NCBI GenBank assembly: GCA_963830595.1
Contig: CAWHMQ010000002.1
Span: forward strand, 16,864-80,863
Source of the DNA: an uncultured Solirubrobacteraceae bacterium
GTDB taxonomy: Bacteria > Actinomycetota > Thermoleophilia > Solirubrobacterales > Solirubrobacteraceae
Direction of reading: 5' to 3'
DNA length: 64,000 nucleotides
In this document: positions 18,254 to 27,395 of the stretch, piece by piece
How the letters are laid out: each line of letters starts with the position of its first letter
Position numbering within the stretch: position 1 is the first letter of the stretch
Translations under genes and position numbers: made by a program
Notes under the pieces: model-generated
Database searches by the model: none
The model's input: only the letters and a program-made list of their open reading frames with translations
Told to the model about the DNA's origin: nothing

Positions 18254-18844
18254 CTAACGGAGGATTCGGAGGCCGGCGTACTTCTGGTCGCCGCGACCGC
18301 GCCCGGCGACCAGCAGCCACAAGAGCAGCGCCAGCACCACGATCCCCACCGGCGGCAGGAGCACCGAGAGCACGGCGGCGAGCAGCGCGGCCGCCTCGGT
18401 GAACAGCGGCAGCGCGGCCAGGGTCTCGGCATCGAGCCGGGCGCGGACCCTTCCCACCAGCGGCCGGGTGGCCAGGATCCCGACGCCGGCGCAGATCACC
18501 CCGCCCACGATCCCGGGCCAGACCGCGTAGCCGCCCCGGCTCAGCGAGCCGGCGAACAGGAGCGCGCCCACGGCCACCGCCGCCGCGGCGATCGCCAGCG
18601 CCACCGGGCCGCGCTCCAGCTGCTGGCGCGGGAGCCGGCGCTCGGCGAGGGCCAGCAGCGCCGCCAAAACCACCATCGCAAGCAGGAAAGGCCACTTCTC
18701 CAGGAAAGAGAAGCTGCTGTGAGCGAAGTCGATCTGGATGTCGCCGGCGGCCAGGGCGCCCACCGCGAGCGCGGGCAGGAACGGTCTGATCCCGACCGCG
18801 GCGGCGATGCCGATCCCCTGGAAGATGTCGAAGACGAGATGCAT
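18254..18844 (-). CDS. DUF4126-like integral membrane protein
   Basis: 196 aa, highly hydrophobic. The N-terminus MHLVFDIFQGIGIAAAVGIRPFLPALAVGALA resembles the DUF4126 family. It is the first gene of the co-directional glycosylation cluster. Confidence 0.65.
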   Translation of the reverse strand: MHLVFDIFQGIGIAAAVGIRPFLPALAVGALAAGDIQIDFAHSSFSFLEKWPFLLAMVVLAALLALAERRLPRQQLERGPVALAIAAAAVAVGALLFAGSLSRGGYAVWPGIVGGVICAGVGILATRPLVGRVRARLDAETLAALPLFTEAAALLAAVLSVLLPPVGIVVLALLLWLLVAGRGRGDQKYAGLRILR

Positions 18845-18855
18845 CGTGCTGTACC

Positions 18856-20388
18856 GTGACGAGGCGTGACGATAGTGCAGAGTCCAGCGTGAGCTCAGGC
18901 GGGCTCGGCGCAGGCGCAGCCGGGTACGCGGGGTCCGGACGGACGGAGAGCCAGCCGGCGGGAACCGTCTCTCGCCGCTCGACGACCCGGGACATCAAAC
19001 GCTACTCGGCGTTGTTCGCGGCCCGCACAAAGGTCATGCGCTCCTCGGCGATGCGCGACCTGATGGCGCTGACCGAGCGCGACGACGTGATCTCGCTGGC
19101 CGGCGGGCTGCCCGACACCTCCAGCTTTCCGCCTGACTCCTACGCCGGGCTGATGAGCACGATCGCCTCGGAGTCGTGCGCGCGAGCCCTCCAGTACGGG
19201 CCCACCGAGGGGTTTGCCCGCGTCAAGCGGTGCATCGCCCAGGTGATGGCGGCCGAAGGCATGGAGGTCGACATCGACGAGGTGCTGGTCACCACCGGCG
19301 GCCAGCAGGTGATCGACCTGGTTTGCAAGACGTTGCTGGATCCGGGCGACGTGGTGGTCGCCGAGGCCCCGACCTACCCCGGCGCGATCCCCACCTTCTG
19401 CGCTTACGAGGCCGACGTGGTGCAGGTGACGATGGACGAGGACGGGATGCGCATCTCGGAGCTCGAGGCCACCCTCGACGAGCTCGACCGCTCCGGCCGG
19501 CGCCCCAAGTTCATCTACACCGTGCCCAACTTCCACAATCCGGCCGGGGTCACGATGTCGCTGGGGCGCCGGCGGGAGCTGGTGCGGATCGCCGGGGAGC
19601 GTGAGCTGCTGGTGCTCGAGGACAACCCGTACGGGCTGCTGCGCTACGAGGGCGAGCCGCTGCCGACGCTGCACTCGCTCGACGACGAGTTCGTGATCTA
19701 CGCGAGCACCTTCTCGAAGATCCTCTCGCCCGGGGTGCGCCTGGGCTGGGCGGCGGCCCCCGCGCCGATCCTGCACAAGATGCAGATCGGCAAGCAGGGC
19801 TCGGACCTGTGCTCGTCGTCGATCTCGCAGTACTTCGTCAGCGCCTACTTCGACGCCGGCCCGTGGGACGAGTACGTCAGCTCACTGCTCGAGATCTACC
19901 GGCGGCGCCGGGACGTGATGCTCGACGCGCTCGCCGAGCACTTCCCGCGGGAGGCGCGGTGGACCCATCCGCAGGGCGGACTGTTTCTGTGGGCGACGAT
20001 GCCCGACTACATCGACACCACCGATCTGCTGGCCAGGGCACTGACCGAGCAGGTGGCGTTCGTCCCTGGACGCGCCGCCTACGTCGACGGCCGGGGGGGC
20101 GCGTCGATGCGACTGAACTTCTCGGGCGTCGGCGCCGACGACATCCGCGAGGGCATTCGCCGGATCGGCGAGGTCATCCGCGAGCAGGTCGCCATGTACG
20201 GCACCCTCACCGGCGTCTCGGCCCCTCCCCGGGCGCCGCGCCTCGAGGACCCCGGCCCCCCGGAGCCCTCCGGCCAGTCCGGCTCCCCCGGCTCCCCCGG
20301 CTCCCCCGGCTCGGGGCAGACCCGGCGCGCCCGTGAGGAGCTCGCCAAGGTGCTCAGGCTGCCCGAGCAGCGCAAGCGCGCCGGATGA
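18856..20388 (+). CDS. PLP-dependent aminotransferase, class I/II (2-aminoadipate/MocR-C-terminal-like), with Gly/Ser/Pro tail
   Basis: Motifs MRSSAMRDLMAL, ISLAGGLPD, FIYTVPNFHNPAGVTM, STFSKILSPGVRLGW (PLP lysine) and RLNFS. The track start is GTG 18856; an ATG at 19036 is the alternative. The stop overlaps the ddl start (ATGA). Confidence 0.85.
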   Translation: MTRRDDSAESSVSSGGLGAGAAGYAGSGRTESQPAGTVSRRSTTRDIKRYSALFAARTKVMRSSAMRDLMALTERDDVISLAGGLPDTSSFPPDSYAGLMSTIASESCARALQYGPTEGFARVKRCIAQVMAAEGMEVDIDEVLVTTGGQQVIDLVCKTLLDPGDVVVAEAPTYPGAIPTFCAYEADVVQVTMDEDGMRISELEATLDELDRSGRRPKFIYTVPNFHNPAGVTMSLGRRRELVRIAGERELLVLEDNPYGLLRYEGEPLPTLHSLDDEFVIYASTFSKILSPGVRLGWAAAPAPILHKMQIGKQGSDLCSSSISQYFVSAYFDAGPWDEYVSSLLEIYRRRRDVMLDALAEHFPREARWTHPQGGLFLWATMPDYIDTTDLLARALTEQVAFVPGRAAYVDGRGGASMRLNFSGVGADDIREGIRRIGEVIREQVAMYGTLTGVSAPPRAPRLEDPGPPEPSGQSGSPGSPGSPGSGQTRRAREELAKVLRLPEQRKRAG

Positions 20389-21347
20389 GCAGGGTGGCAG
20401 TCCTGAAGGGCGGGCGCTCGCTGGAGCGCCAGGTCTCGCTTCGCTCCGGGGCCCGGGTCCAGGACGCGCTCGAGCGCCTCGGTCACGACGTGCTGCCGGT
20501 CGACGTGCGCCCGGACCTGGTCGCCCGGCTGACCGGCTGCCGTCCCGACGTCGCCTTCGTCGCCCTGCACGGTCCAGACGGCGAGGACGGCACCGTGCAG
20601 GAGCTGTTGGAGGTCATGGGCATCCCCTACACCGGCTCGGGCGTCTCGGCCTGCATCCGGGCCGCCGACAAGGTCCTGGCCAAGCACGCGATGCTCGACC
20701 ACGGAATCCCCACCCCCGACTTCTACGCCTTGCACGAGCGGGCGCTCGCGTCGCTGGGCGCGGCCCAGGCGCTGCCCGCGATCGAGCAGCGGCTGGCCTT
20801 CCCGATCGTGGTCAAGCCGGCCCGGCAGGGGTCGGCACTGGGGATCAAGTTCGCGCGGGCCCCGGGTGACGTTCCGGCGGCGCTCCTGGCCGCCTTCTCC
20901 TATGACCGCAAGGTCCTGCTCGAGCGTTACGTGGCCGGGCGCGAGCTGGCGATCTCGATCCTCGACCGCGACGGCGCTCCCCTGGCCCTGCCGATCGTCG
21001 AGGCCGTCCCCGAGCAGGAGGACTTCTATGACTTCGAGGCCCGCTACGAGATCGGACGCGCCCGCTTCGTCTGCCCGGCCGAGCTCCCCGAGGAGGTGGC
21101 GGCGCGCGCGAGCACGATCGCCCTCCAGACCTACTCGCTGCTGGGCTGCGCGGGCTTTGCCCGGGTCGACCTGATGCTCGAATCGGGCTCGGACGAGCTG
21201 TTCGTCTTGGAGGTCAACCCGATCCCAGGGCTGACCGAGACCAGCCTGCTGCCCCAGGCCGCCGAGGCGGCGGGGATCTCGTTCGACGAGCTCGTGGCGC
21301 AGGTGCTGACCGCCGTGGGCGTCCCGGCCGCCGAGCCCGGGGTCTGA
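20385..21347 (+). CDS. ddl: D-alanine--D-alanine ligase
   Basis: 320 aa. VAVLKGGRSLEREVSLRSG, FVALHGPDGEDGTVQELLEVMGIPYTGSG, and the ATP-grasp C-terminal EVNPIPGLTETSLLP. Confidence 0.92.
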   Translation: MSRVAVLKGGRSLERQVSLRSGARVQDALERLGHDVLPVDVRPDLVARLTGCRPDVAFVALHGPDGEDGTVQELLEVMGIPYTGSGVSACIRAADKVLAKHAMLDHGIPTPDFYALHERALASLGAAQALPAIEQRLAFPIVVKPARQGSALGIKFARAPGDVPAALLAAFSYDRKVLLERYVAGRELAISILDRDGAPLALPIVEAVPEQEDFYDFEARYEIGRARFVCPAELPEEVAARASTIALQTYSLLGCAGFARVDLMLESGSDELFVLEVNPIPGLTETSLLPQAAEAAGISFDELVAQVLTAVGVPAAEPGV

Positions 21348-21422
21348 TTCGGTTCAAACCGGAGGTCAACGGGCTGAGGCAGGCGCCTCGGCCACGGTCC
21401 GGGGGCCGTCTTCACGAGCCGG

Positions 21423-21911
21423 CTACTCGTCGGAGGCGAAGTCCTCCGGCGTGACCCGGTCCAGGAAGTCCTTGAACTTCTCGACTACCTCCTCGGTGTC
21501 CTCCACCTCGTGCTCGAACTCGATCGCGGACTCGGTGATCACCTCGTCGGCCGCGAAGATGGGGGCGCCAGAACGGACGGCGAGCGCCAGCGCGTCGCTG
21601 GGACGCGAGTCGATCTCCAGGTCGCGGTTGCCGGCACGCAGCGTGATCGACGCGTAGAAGGTGTTCTCACGCAGCTCGGTGACCGCCACCCGGGTGCATT
21701 CGACCTCGAGCTCGCCGAGCATGTCGGACACGAGATCGTGCGTCATCGGACGGGGCGTGGATGCGCCCTGAAGCTTCATCAGGATCGCGGCTGCTTCCGG
21801 ATGACCGATCCAGATTGGGAGGAACTTGTTGCTCTCGACGGTCTTGAGCAACACGATCGGCTGCTTGCCGACCATGTCGAAGCTCACGCCGTAGATGACC
21901 ATTTCCTGCAA
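21423..21911 (-). CDS. Bifunctional nuclease family protein (DUF151/BFN domain)
   Basis: 162 aa. QPIVLLKTVESNKFLPIWIGHPEAAAI and RPMTHDL...IDSRPSDALALAVR match the BFN domain. It ends in an acidic C-terminal tail. Confidence 0.8.
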   Translation of the reverse strand: MQEMVIYGVSFDMVGKQPIVLLKTVESNKFLPIWIGHPEAAAILMKLQGASTPRPMTHDLVSDMLGELEVECTRVAVTELRENTFYASITLRAGNRDLEIDSRPSDALALAVRSGAPIFAADEVITESAIEFEHEVEDTEEVVEKFKDFLDRVTPEDFASDE

Positions 21912-22033
21912 CGCCGTCGCTCCTCGTCGGGTCGGGCAAGTATAGGCACCGCCCAGCTCCCAGCCGCCATGCCGGTCGCTGACGGACCGGCCCGAGCCGC
22001 ACCGGCAATCTCTATCCTAACCGGTCAGCCTCC

Positions 22034-22717
22034 ATGACTGGTGAGGGTGCAGCGGTCGGGATTCAGCCGGGCGGACGGAGCCCCGCCCCGGGCGCCCTCG
22101 CCGTCGTCCAGGCGTTCATCAACACCCACTACGACCTCGACCACGAGCACGGGGCCGAGGTGCTCGCCACGCCCGCGGATCTCTCGCGGTGGCTGGCTCG
22201 GGCCAGGTTGACTCCGGATCCAGAGCCGGCAGATGCCTCCGACCTCGAGCGCGCGCTGGTCGTGCGCGAGGGGCTCCGGTCGCTCGCGCGCGGCGCCCCC
22301 AACATCAACGCTGTAGCGGCGCGCCTGGACGAGGCCTCCCGAGGAGCGTCCGTCGAGGTGCGACTCGGCGAGCTGCGATTCGGCGACGAGCTGCGGCCGG
22401 GCGACGGGCTGCGGTCCGGCGACGAGCTGCGGCCGGGCGACGGGCTGAGGTCCGGCGAGGGGGAGCGCGGGTTCGTCCCGGCTCCGGGCACTGGCATCTC
22501 CGGGGCGATCGGGGTGCTTCTCGCGCTGACTGCCCACTCGATGGCCGACGGGAGCTGGTCGCGTCTGAAGATCTGTCCGGGGAACGACTGCGGCTGGGCG
22601 TTCTATGACCATTCGCGCAACCGCTCGGGGCGCTGGTGTGCGATGTCGGTCTGCGGGAGCCGCGCCAAGGCGCGCGCTCATTACCGGCGTCACATGACCG
22701 GGAGCGCTGATCGGTGA
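22034..22717 (+). CDS. ABATE/CGNR zinc-finger domain protein
   Basis: The C-terminal segment ICPGNDCGWAFYDHSRNRSGRWCAMSVCGSRAKARAHYRRH is a zf-CGNR motif. The N-terminal VVQAFINTH is ABATE-like. It contains an internal duplicated dodecapeptide GDELRPGDGLRS. Its stop overlaps the next gene's GTG (GTGA). Confidence 0.82.
   Translation: MTGEGAAVGIQPGGRSPAPGALAVVQAFINTHYDLDHEHGAEVLATPADLSRWLARARLTPDPEPADASDLERALVVREGLRSLARGAPNINAVAARLDEASRGASVEVRLGELRFGDELRPGDGLRSGDELRPGDGLRSGEGERGFVPAPGTGISGAIGVLLALTAHSMADGSWSRLKICPGNDCGWAFYDHSRNRSGRWCAMSVCGSRAKARAHYRRHMTGSADR
22381..22452. repeat. 2 x 36-bp tandem repeat encoding GDELRPGDGLRS twice (one mismatch)
   Basis: CGGCGACGAGCTGCGGCCGGGCGACGGGCTG(C/A)GGTC is repeated head to tail inside the CGNR gene, with partial copies on both flanks. 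Confidence 0.85.
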
Positions 22718-25700
22718 GCTCGCTGACGGCTCCCCTGATCCTGGTCGCCGCCCGGGCTCGCCGGCGCCCGGCACGCTGGCTTCTGCCCACCATCGGGCTG
22801 GCGCTGGCCGCGGCCTTCGCATGCGTGATCGCAGCCGAGGGCACGATCACCGGTGACCGGGCCGCGCACGCGGTCCTGACCTCGGTGCCGGCGGCCCAGC
22901 GGGTGGTCACGATCACCTGGCAGGGACCGGCCCAGCCGGCTACCGACCGGCGCGCGCGACGGCTGCTCGACGAGCTCGGGCTGCCTTCCCAGACCCGGAT
23001 CGCGCTGCTTGAACCGGTCCGGCTGAGCGGAGTGGTCGTGCGCCTGGCCGCCATCGACCCGCTCGCGCGATGGGTCAGCGCCTCGATCGCTCCCAAGCCG
23101 GGGCCTTGCCGGGCGCGCGGCTGCCCGATGCTGCTGGTGTCAGGACAGTTGCCCACGGCGCGGCTGTCGGCGGCCGGCGTCCACGTGGAGGTCGCCGGCC
23201 GGGGGGTCCTGAGCTCGGCCGCCCCGCTTGGCTTCTCGCCGGCGGCCACTCCGGGGCCCCCGGTGTTGATAACCGGCGATCCGGCCGGGCTGGCGAACAT
23301 CGCCGGACTCGCCGGCATCTACCGCACGCAAGCGTGGCTGGCGCTTCCAGCGCTCGCCCAGCTGCACAGCTGGCAGCTCGCGTCCGTCCTGGAGCGCCTC
23401 CAGCGCGCGCAGGCCGAGCTGGCGCAAGACGCGAGCCAGTTCAGCCTGAGCGGACCCTTCGGCCTCCTGCAGAGCGCCCAGAGCCGAGCCGCCGTGGCCC
23501 CGCGGCGGTTGGCGCTGGCCGGGGGCGGGGCGCTCGCCGCGCTGGCCGTCTTCATCGTCCTGGCGGCGTACGGCTTGCGTCGGGACCAGCGTGACGAGCT
23601 GGCACGATTGCGAGCGGCGGGCGCCCGGAGCGGCCAGCTGATCGTCTTCGCCCTCGCCGAGGCGGGATGGCTGACCGCGCTGGGGCTGGCTGCCGGGGCC
23701 GTCATCGGCATGACGGTGGCCGCCCTTCTGGCCGGCGGCGCGGGGCTTCCGGTCGGCAAAGTGCTCGCGCACAGCCTCCTGACGCCGGCCGGGGCGCTCG
23801 CGCTGCTCGGGGGCTGGGTCGCGGCCGCGGCGCTGATCGGATGCGTGCTGCTGATGCCCGGCCGGCGGATCGCAGACGTTCTCGGGATCGCGGCCGCGGC
23901 CGGGCTGGCTCTTGCCCTCTCGAGGGGCGCCACGGCCGCCGGCGCGCCGGCCCTGCTACTCGCCCCCTTGACCTGCGTGGCCGGCGGGGCGCTGGTGTAC
24001 CGCGTGGCCGGGGCGGCGCTCCGAACCGGGGAGCGGATCTCGCGGCGCGGGCCAGTGCCCGTCCGGCTGGCCCTCGTCGGGCTGGCGCGCGCTCCGACAG
24101 CTCCGGCGCTGGCCGTCGCCTTCGTCGCGGTGAGCGTCGGGCTGGCCGGCTTCGCGCTCGGGTATCGGGCGACGCTCGAGCGCGGAGCCGCCGACCAAGC
24201 CGCCTACTCCGTCCCGCTTGACGCCCGGATCACGCCCACGGCCAGCTTCGCCCCGCCACTCGAGCTCGCATCGATCGCCCACTGGCGGACGCTGGCGGCC
24301 GGCGGGCCGGTGCTCCCGGTCCGCCGCACCTACGCCTCCTACCTGGATGGAGGCCAGACGGTCACCGTACCCGCGCTCGGGGTGCCCGCGGGCGGTCTGC
24401 CGATGATCCGCCGGTGGCGCTCTGGGGACGGCTCGGCGACGCCGGCGGTGCTGGCCCGTCGCCTGGCACCTCACGGACCGGTCCGCGCGCCCGGCCCCCA
24501 GCTTCCTGCCGGGGGGCGCTGGATGGCATTGCGCATGTCATCCCCCGCCGGGGTGCAGGTCAGCGCTGACCTGCGGAGCCCGAGCGGAGCGGTCACACAG
24601 GTGTCGCTCGGGCTCGCTTCGCCCCGTCCCCGGACGGCGCGGGTCCGGCTCGCCCCCGGCCGCCACGAGCTCGAGGCGCTGGAGCTCGACGAGCCAACCG
24701 GGCTGGAGGCGACCAACGGGCATCAGAATGCCGAGAACCAGGCCGCCGCCACCCAGTCGAGCACCGACGTCCGCCTGGGGCCGCTGCTGGTGGGCGGCCC
24801 CGGCCGCCGGCGGTGGGTGTCTCTGCGCGGCTGGCGCGGGGTCGGAGCCGCCAGCGGCGGGACCAGCGAGAGTGCCCCCACCACCGCCGGGACGGCCGCC
24901 GCCGGCTCGGTGCGAGTCCGGTTTGCCGACACCGGCGAGCCGGGGGTCGTGCGTCCTCGCCAGCCCAGCGACACAGCACCCGTGCCCGTGCTCACCGATC
25001 CCGCCACCGCCGCCGCGGCCACCTCCAGCGGCCAGCTCGCTCTGACCGTCGACGGCCTGCCGGTGGCCGCGCGCGTGGTCGGCACCCTGATCCGGTTTCC
25101 CACGCTCGGCTCCGGCCAGGCGGGGTTGGTGGTCGCCGACGAGGCGACGCTCGCGGGCGCCCTGGACGCGTCGTTACCCGGGCAGGGACGTCCGGACGAG
25201 CTGTGGATCGCGACCGCGCATCCCGCGCGCCTGCGGGCGGCACTTGGCTCCGGCACGTTGAGCCAGCTGGGTGCCGGGTTCCGCTCCGACGTGGAGAGCA
25301 CGCTGCGGGCCGATCCGGTCGCGGTCGGCGTCCTCGGGACGCTTACCGGCGCCGCCGCGGTCGCGACCGCACTGGCCATCATCGGACTGCTCGCCTCGCT
25401 GGTGGGCGCGATGCGCGAGCCCCAGGCCGAACGCGACCTCGAGGTCCAGGGCCTCGGTCCCAGGCAGCTCCGCGTGGAGCTGGGGCTGCGGGTCCTGGCC
25501 GCGGGCGTGCTCGGGATCGGGGCGGGACTGTTGGTGGCGGGGGTGCTCACGCGTCTGGCCGTGGTCACGGTCCGCGCCGCCGGCGCCGTCGCGGCACCCG
25601 ATCCGCCGCTGGTCACGGTTATCCCGGTCGCCCAGCTGGCGCTGCTGGCCGTGGGCGCGCTGGTGTCGTTGGCGATCGCCGGTTGGCTCGCCGCGAGTGG

Positions 25701-25728
25701 CGTCGTGGGGCGGCGGAGGACGCGATGA
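22714..25728 (+). CDS. Large FtsX-like ABC permease with two FtsX/4-TM modules and long extracytoplasmic regions
   Basis: 1004 aa. The N-terminus APLILVAARARRRPARWLLPTIGLALAAAFACVIAA is typical of FtsX-type permeases. There is one hydrophobic module around aa 270-480 and a second at the C-terminus (aa ~870-1000). The stop overlaps the ATPase start (ATGA). Confidence 0.8.
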   Translation: MSSLTAPLILVAARARRRPARWLLPTIGLALAAAFACVIAAEGTITGDRAAHAVLTSVPAAQRVVTITWQGPAQPATDRRARRLLDELGLPSQTRIALLEPVRLSGVVVRLAAIDPLARWVSASIAPKPGPCRARGCPMLLVSGQLPTARLSAAGVHVEVAGRGVLSSAAPLGFSPAATPGPPVLITGDPAGLANIAGLAGIYRTQAWLALPALAQLHSWQLASVLERLQRAQAELAQDASQFSLSGPFGLLQSAQSRAAVAPRRLALAGGGALAALAVFIVLAAYGLRRDQRDELARLRAAGARSGQLIVFALAEAGWLTALGLAAGAVIGMTVAALLAGGAGLPVGKVLAHSLLTPAGALALLGGWVAAAALIGCVLLMPGRRIADVLGIAAAAGLALALSRGATAAGAPALLLAPLTCVAGGALVYRVAGAALRTGERISRRGPVPVRLALVGLARAPTAPALAVAFVAVSVGLAGFALGYRATLERGAADQAAYSVPLDARITPTASFAPPLELASIAHWRTLAAGGPVLPVRRTYASYLDGGQTVTVPALGVPAGGLPMIRRWRSGDGSATPAVLARRLAPHGPVRAPGPQLPAGGRWMALRMSSPAGVQVSADLRSPSGAVTQVSLGLASPRPRTARVRLAPGRHELEALELDEPTGLEATNGHQNAENQAAATQSSTDVRLGPLLVGGPGRRRWVSLRGWRGVGAASGGTSESAPTTAGTAAAGSVRVRFADTGEPGVVRPRQPSDTAPVPVLTDPATAAAATSSGQLALTVDGLPVAARVVGTLIRFPTLGSGQAGLVVADEATLAGALDASLPGQGRPDELWIATAHPARLRAALGSGTLSQLGAGFRSDVESTLRADPVAVGVLGTLTGAAAVATALAIIGLLASLVGAMREPQAERDLEVQGLGPRQLRVELGLRVLAAGVLGIGAGLLVAGVLTRLAVVTVRAAGAVAAPDPPLVTVIPVAQLALLAVGALVSLAIAGWLAASGVVGRRRTR

Positions 25729-27371
25729 GCGAGCCCGCCGTGGAGCTGCGTAACGTGTTCTGCGTTCACCGCACCGACCAGGGGGACGCGGCGCCGCTGC
25801 AGGGCCTGAGCCTGGCGGTGTCGGCCGGCGAGCGGATCTGCGCGCTGGGGCCCAGCGGGGCGGGGAAGACGACCTTGCTGCGCGTGATCGCCGGCCTACA
25901 GCCACCCTCGGCCGGCATCGTCAGCGTGCTCGGCCGCGATCTCCGACGGCTGTCGCCCCGCGCGCGAGCCGGCTTTCGTTACGGGAACGTGGGCTTCGTG
26001 CACCAACATGCCGGTCTCGCTCTCTCTCCTGACCTGCCAATCCTCGAGGCCGTGGCCCTCCCGCTGGCGCTGCGGGGCGTGGGACGGCGCAAGCGTGAGG
26101 CGCGCGCAGGCGAGCTGCTGGAGGTGGCCGGGCTGGGCGACCGGCGCCAGGCGCTTCCGGACCGGCTCTCAGGCGGGGAGCGCCAGCGCGCCGCCGTGTG
26201 TGGCGCCCTGGTTCACGGCCCGGCGCTGTTGCTCGCCGACGAGCCGACCGCCGAGCTCGACGCGGGCTCGGCAGCCGAGCTCTCGGCATTGCTTCATCGC
26301 CTGGCCGCTGCCACCGCCGCCACCCTGATCGTCGTTTCGCACGACGACGAGGTGGCGGCCGGAGCCCAGCGGGTGGTGCACATTCGCGATGGCCGGTTGG
26401 TCGAGGATCGGGGCTCCCTGGTTGTGGGCGCCGGGGGGTGGATGCGACTCGACCCCGCGCTGCTCGCCGCCGGCGGCATATCGCGTCGCGCTCGAGCCTG
26501 CCCGGTGCCCGATGGGCTGCTCCTCACCCCGACGCGAGAGGATCCGGAGGCCGGCCGAGCGGACGTGGCGCCAGCAACGGGGTTCGCCCGGCCGGCGGCG
26601 GGAGGCGCGGCGGGCGTGGCAGGAGACTCGCCGGCGCCTGACGGAGGCGAGCCGGCCGAGGCATGCCCCACCCCGGCGCGGGTGCGACTGGAAGCGGTGA
26701 AGCGAACCCTGGGACGCGGGAGCGCCCGGCGGACGGTAATCGACGGCCTCACGCTCGAGTTCGCCCCCGGCGTCCTGACGCTGGTGGTCGGCCCGTCGGG
26801 AGCCGGCAAGACCACGCTGCTCGAGCTGGTGGCCCTTCTGGAGGTGCCCACCTCCGGCGAGCTGCGGCTCGACGGACACGCCCTCGGGGCGCTTGATCCC
26901 GAGCAGCGGGCCGCGCTGCGCCGAGCGCGCGTCGGCTACCTGGCCCAAGAGCCCGTCCCGGTCGGTTTTCTGAGCGCCGAGGAGAACGTCTCCCTGGCGC
27001 TCCGGATCCGGGGGAGGCCCGCCGCCGAGGCCTCGGCAGCGGCCCGTGTGGCGCTGGCGGCGGTGGGGTTGGACGAGCTCCGGCGCCAGCGGGTGGCGCG
27101 CCTGTCGGCGGGCGAGGCTCAGCGCGCGGCTCTGGCCCGTGCCCTTGCGTGCGCTCACGGCCTGCTGGTCGTCGACGAGCCGACCTCGCGCCTGGACGCG
27201 GGCAACGCGGCCGCGGTCGCACGGCTCCTGCGCCAGGCGGCCGATCGCCATGGCCACACGGTCGTCTGCGCCACGCACGATCCCGCGCTCATCCACCATG
27301 CCGACCGGATCGTGCAGCTGGGATCGGGCACCCCACCGCGCTCACAAGCGGCGCGCAACAGTGGGGTGTAG
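25725..27371 (+). CDS. ABC transporter ATP-binding protein with two tandem nucleotide-binding domains
   Basis: In-frame ATG inside raw ORF 24813..27371. NBD1: [39 protein letters not shown]2: GPSGAGKTTLLEL, LSAGEAQRAAL, LLVVDEPTSRLD. The two are joined by a linker of about 80 aa. Confidence 0.88.
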   Translation: MSEPAVELRNVFCVHRTDQGDAAPLQGLSLAVSAGERICALGPSGAGKTTLLRVIAGLQPPSAGIVSVLGRDLRRLSPRARAGFRYGNVGFVHQHAGLALSPDLPILEAVALPLALRGVGRRKREARAGELLEVAGLGDRRQALPDRLSGGERQRAAVCGALVHGPALLLADEPTAELDAGSAAELSALLHRLAAATAATLIVVSHDDEVAAGAQRVVHIRDGRLVEDRGSLVVGAGGWMRLDPALLAAGGISRRARACPVPDGLLLTPTREDPEAGRADVAPATGFARPAAGGAAGVAGDSPAPDGGEPAEACPTPARVRLEAVKRTLGRGSARRTVIDGLTLEFAPGVLTLVVGPSGAGKTTLLELVALLEVPTSGELRLDGHALGALDPEQRAALRRARVGYLAQEPVPVGFLSAEENVSLALRIRGRPAAEASAAARVALAAVGLDELRRQRVARLSAGEAQRAALARALACAHGLLVVDEPTSRLDAGNAAAVARLLRQAADRHGHTVVCATHDPALIHHADRIVQLGSGTPPRSQAARNSGV

Positions 27372-27395
27372 CCGACAAACCGGCAGGTCAGCAGC

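Noticed and set aside
21348-21422. Possible bidirectional terminator between convergent ddl and the BFN gene (CGGTT-CA-AACCG).
   Set aside because: The stem is only 5 bp with a 2-nt loop and there is no U-tract. It is too weak to call.
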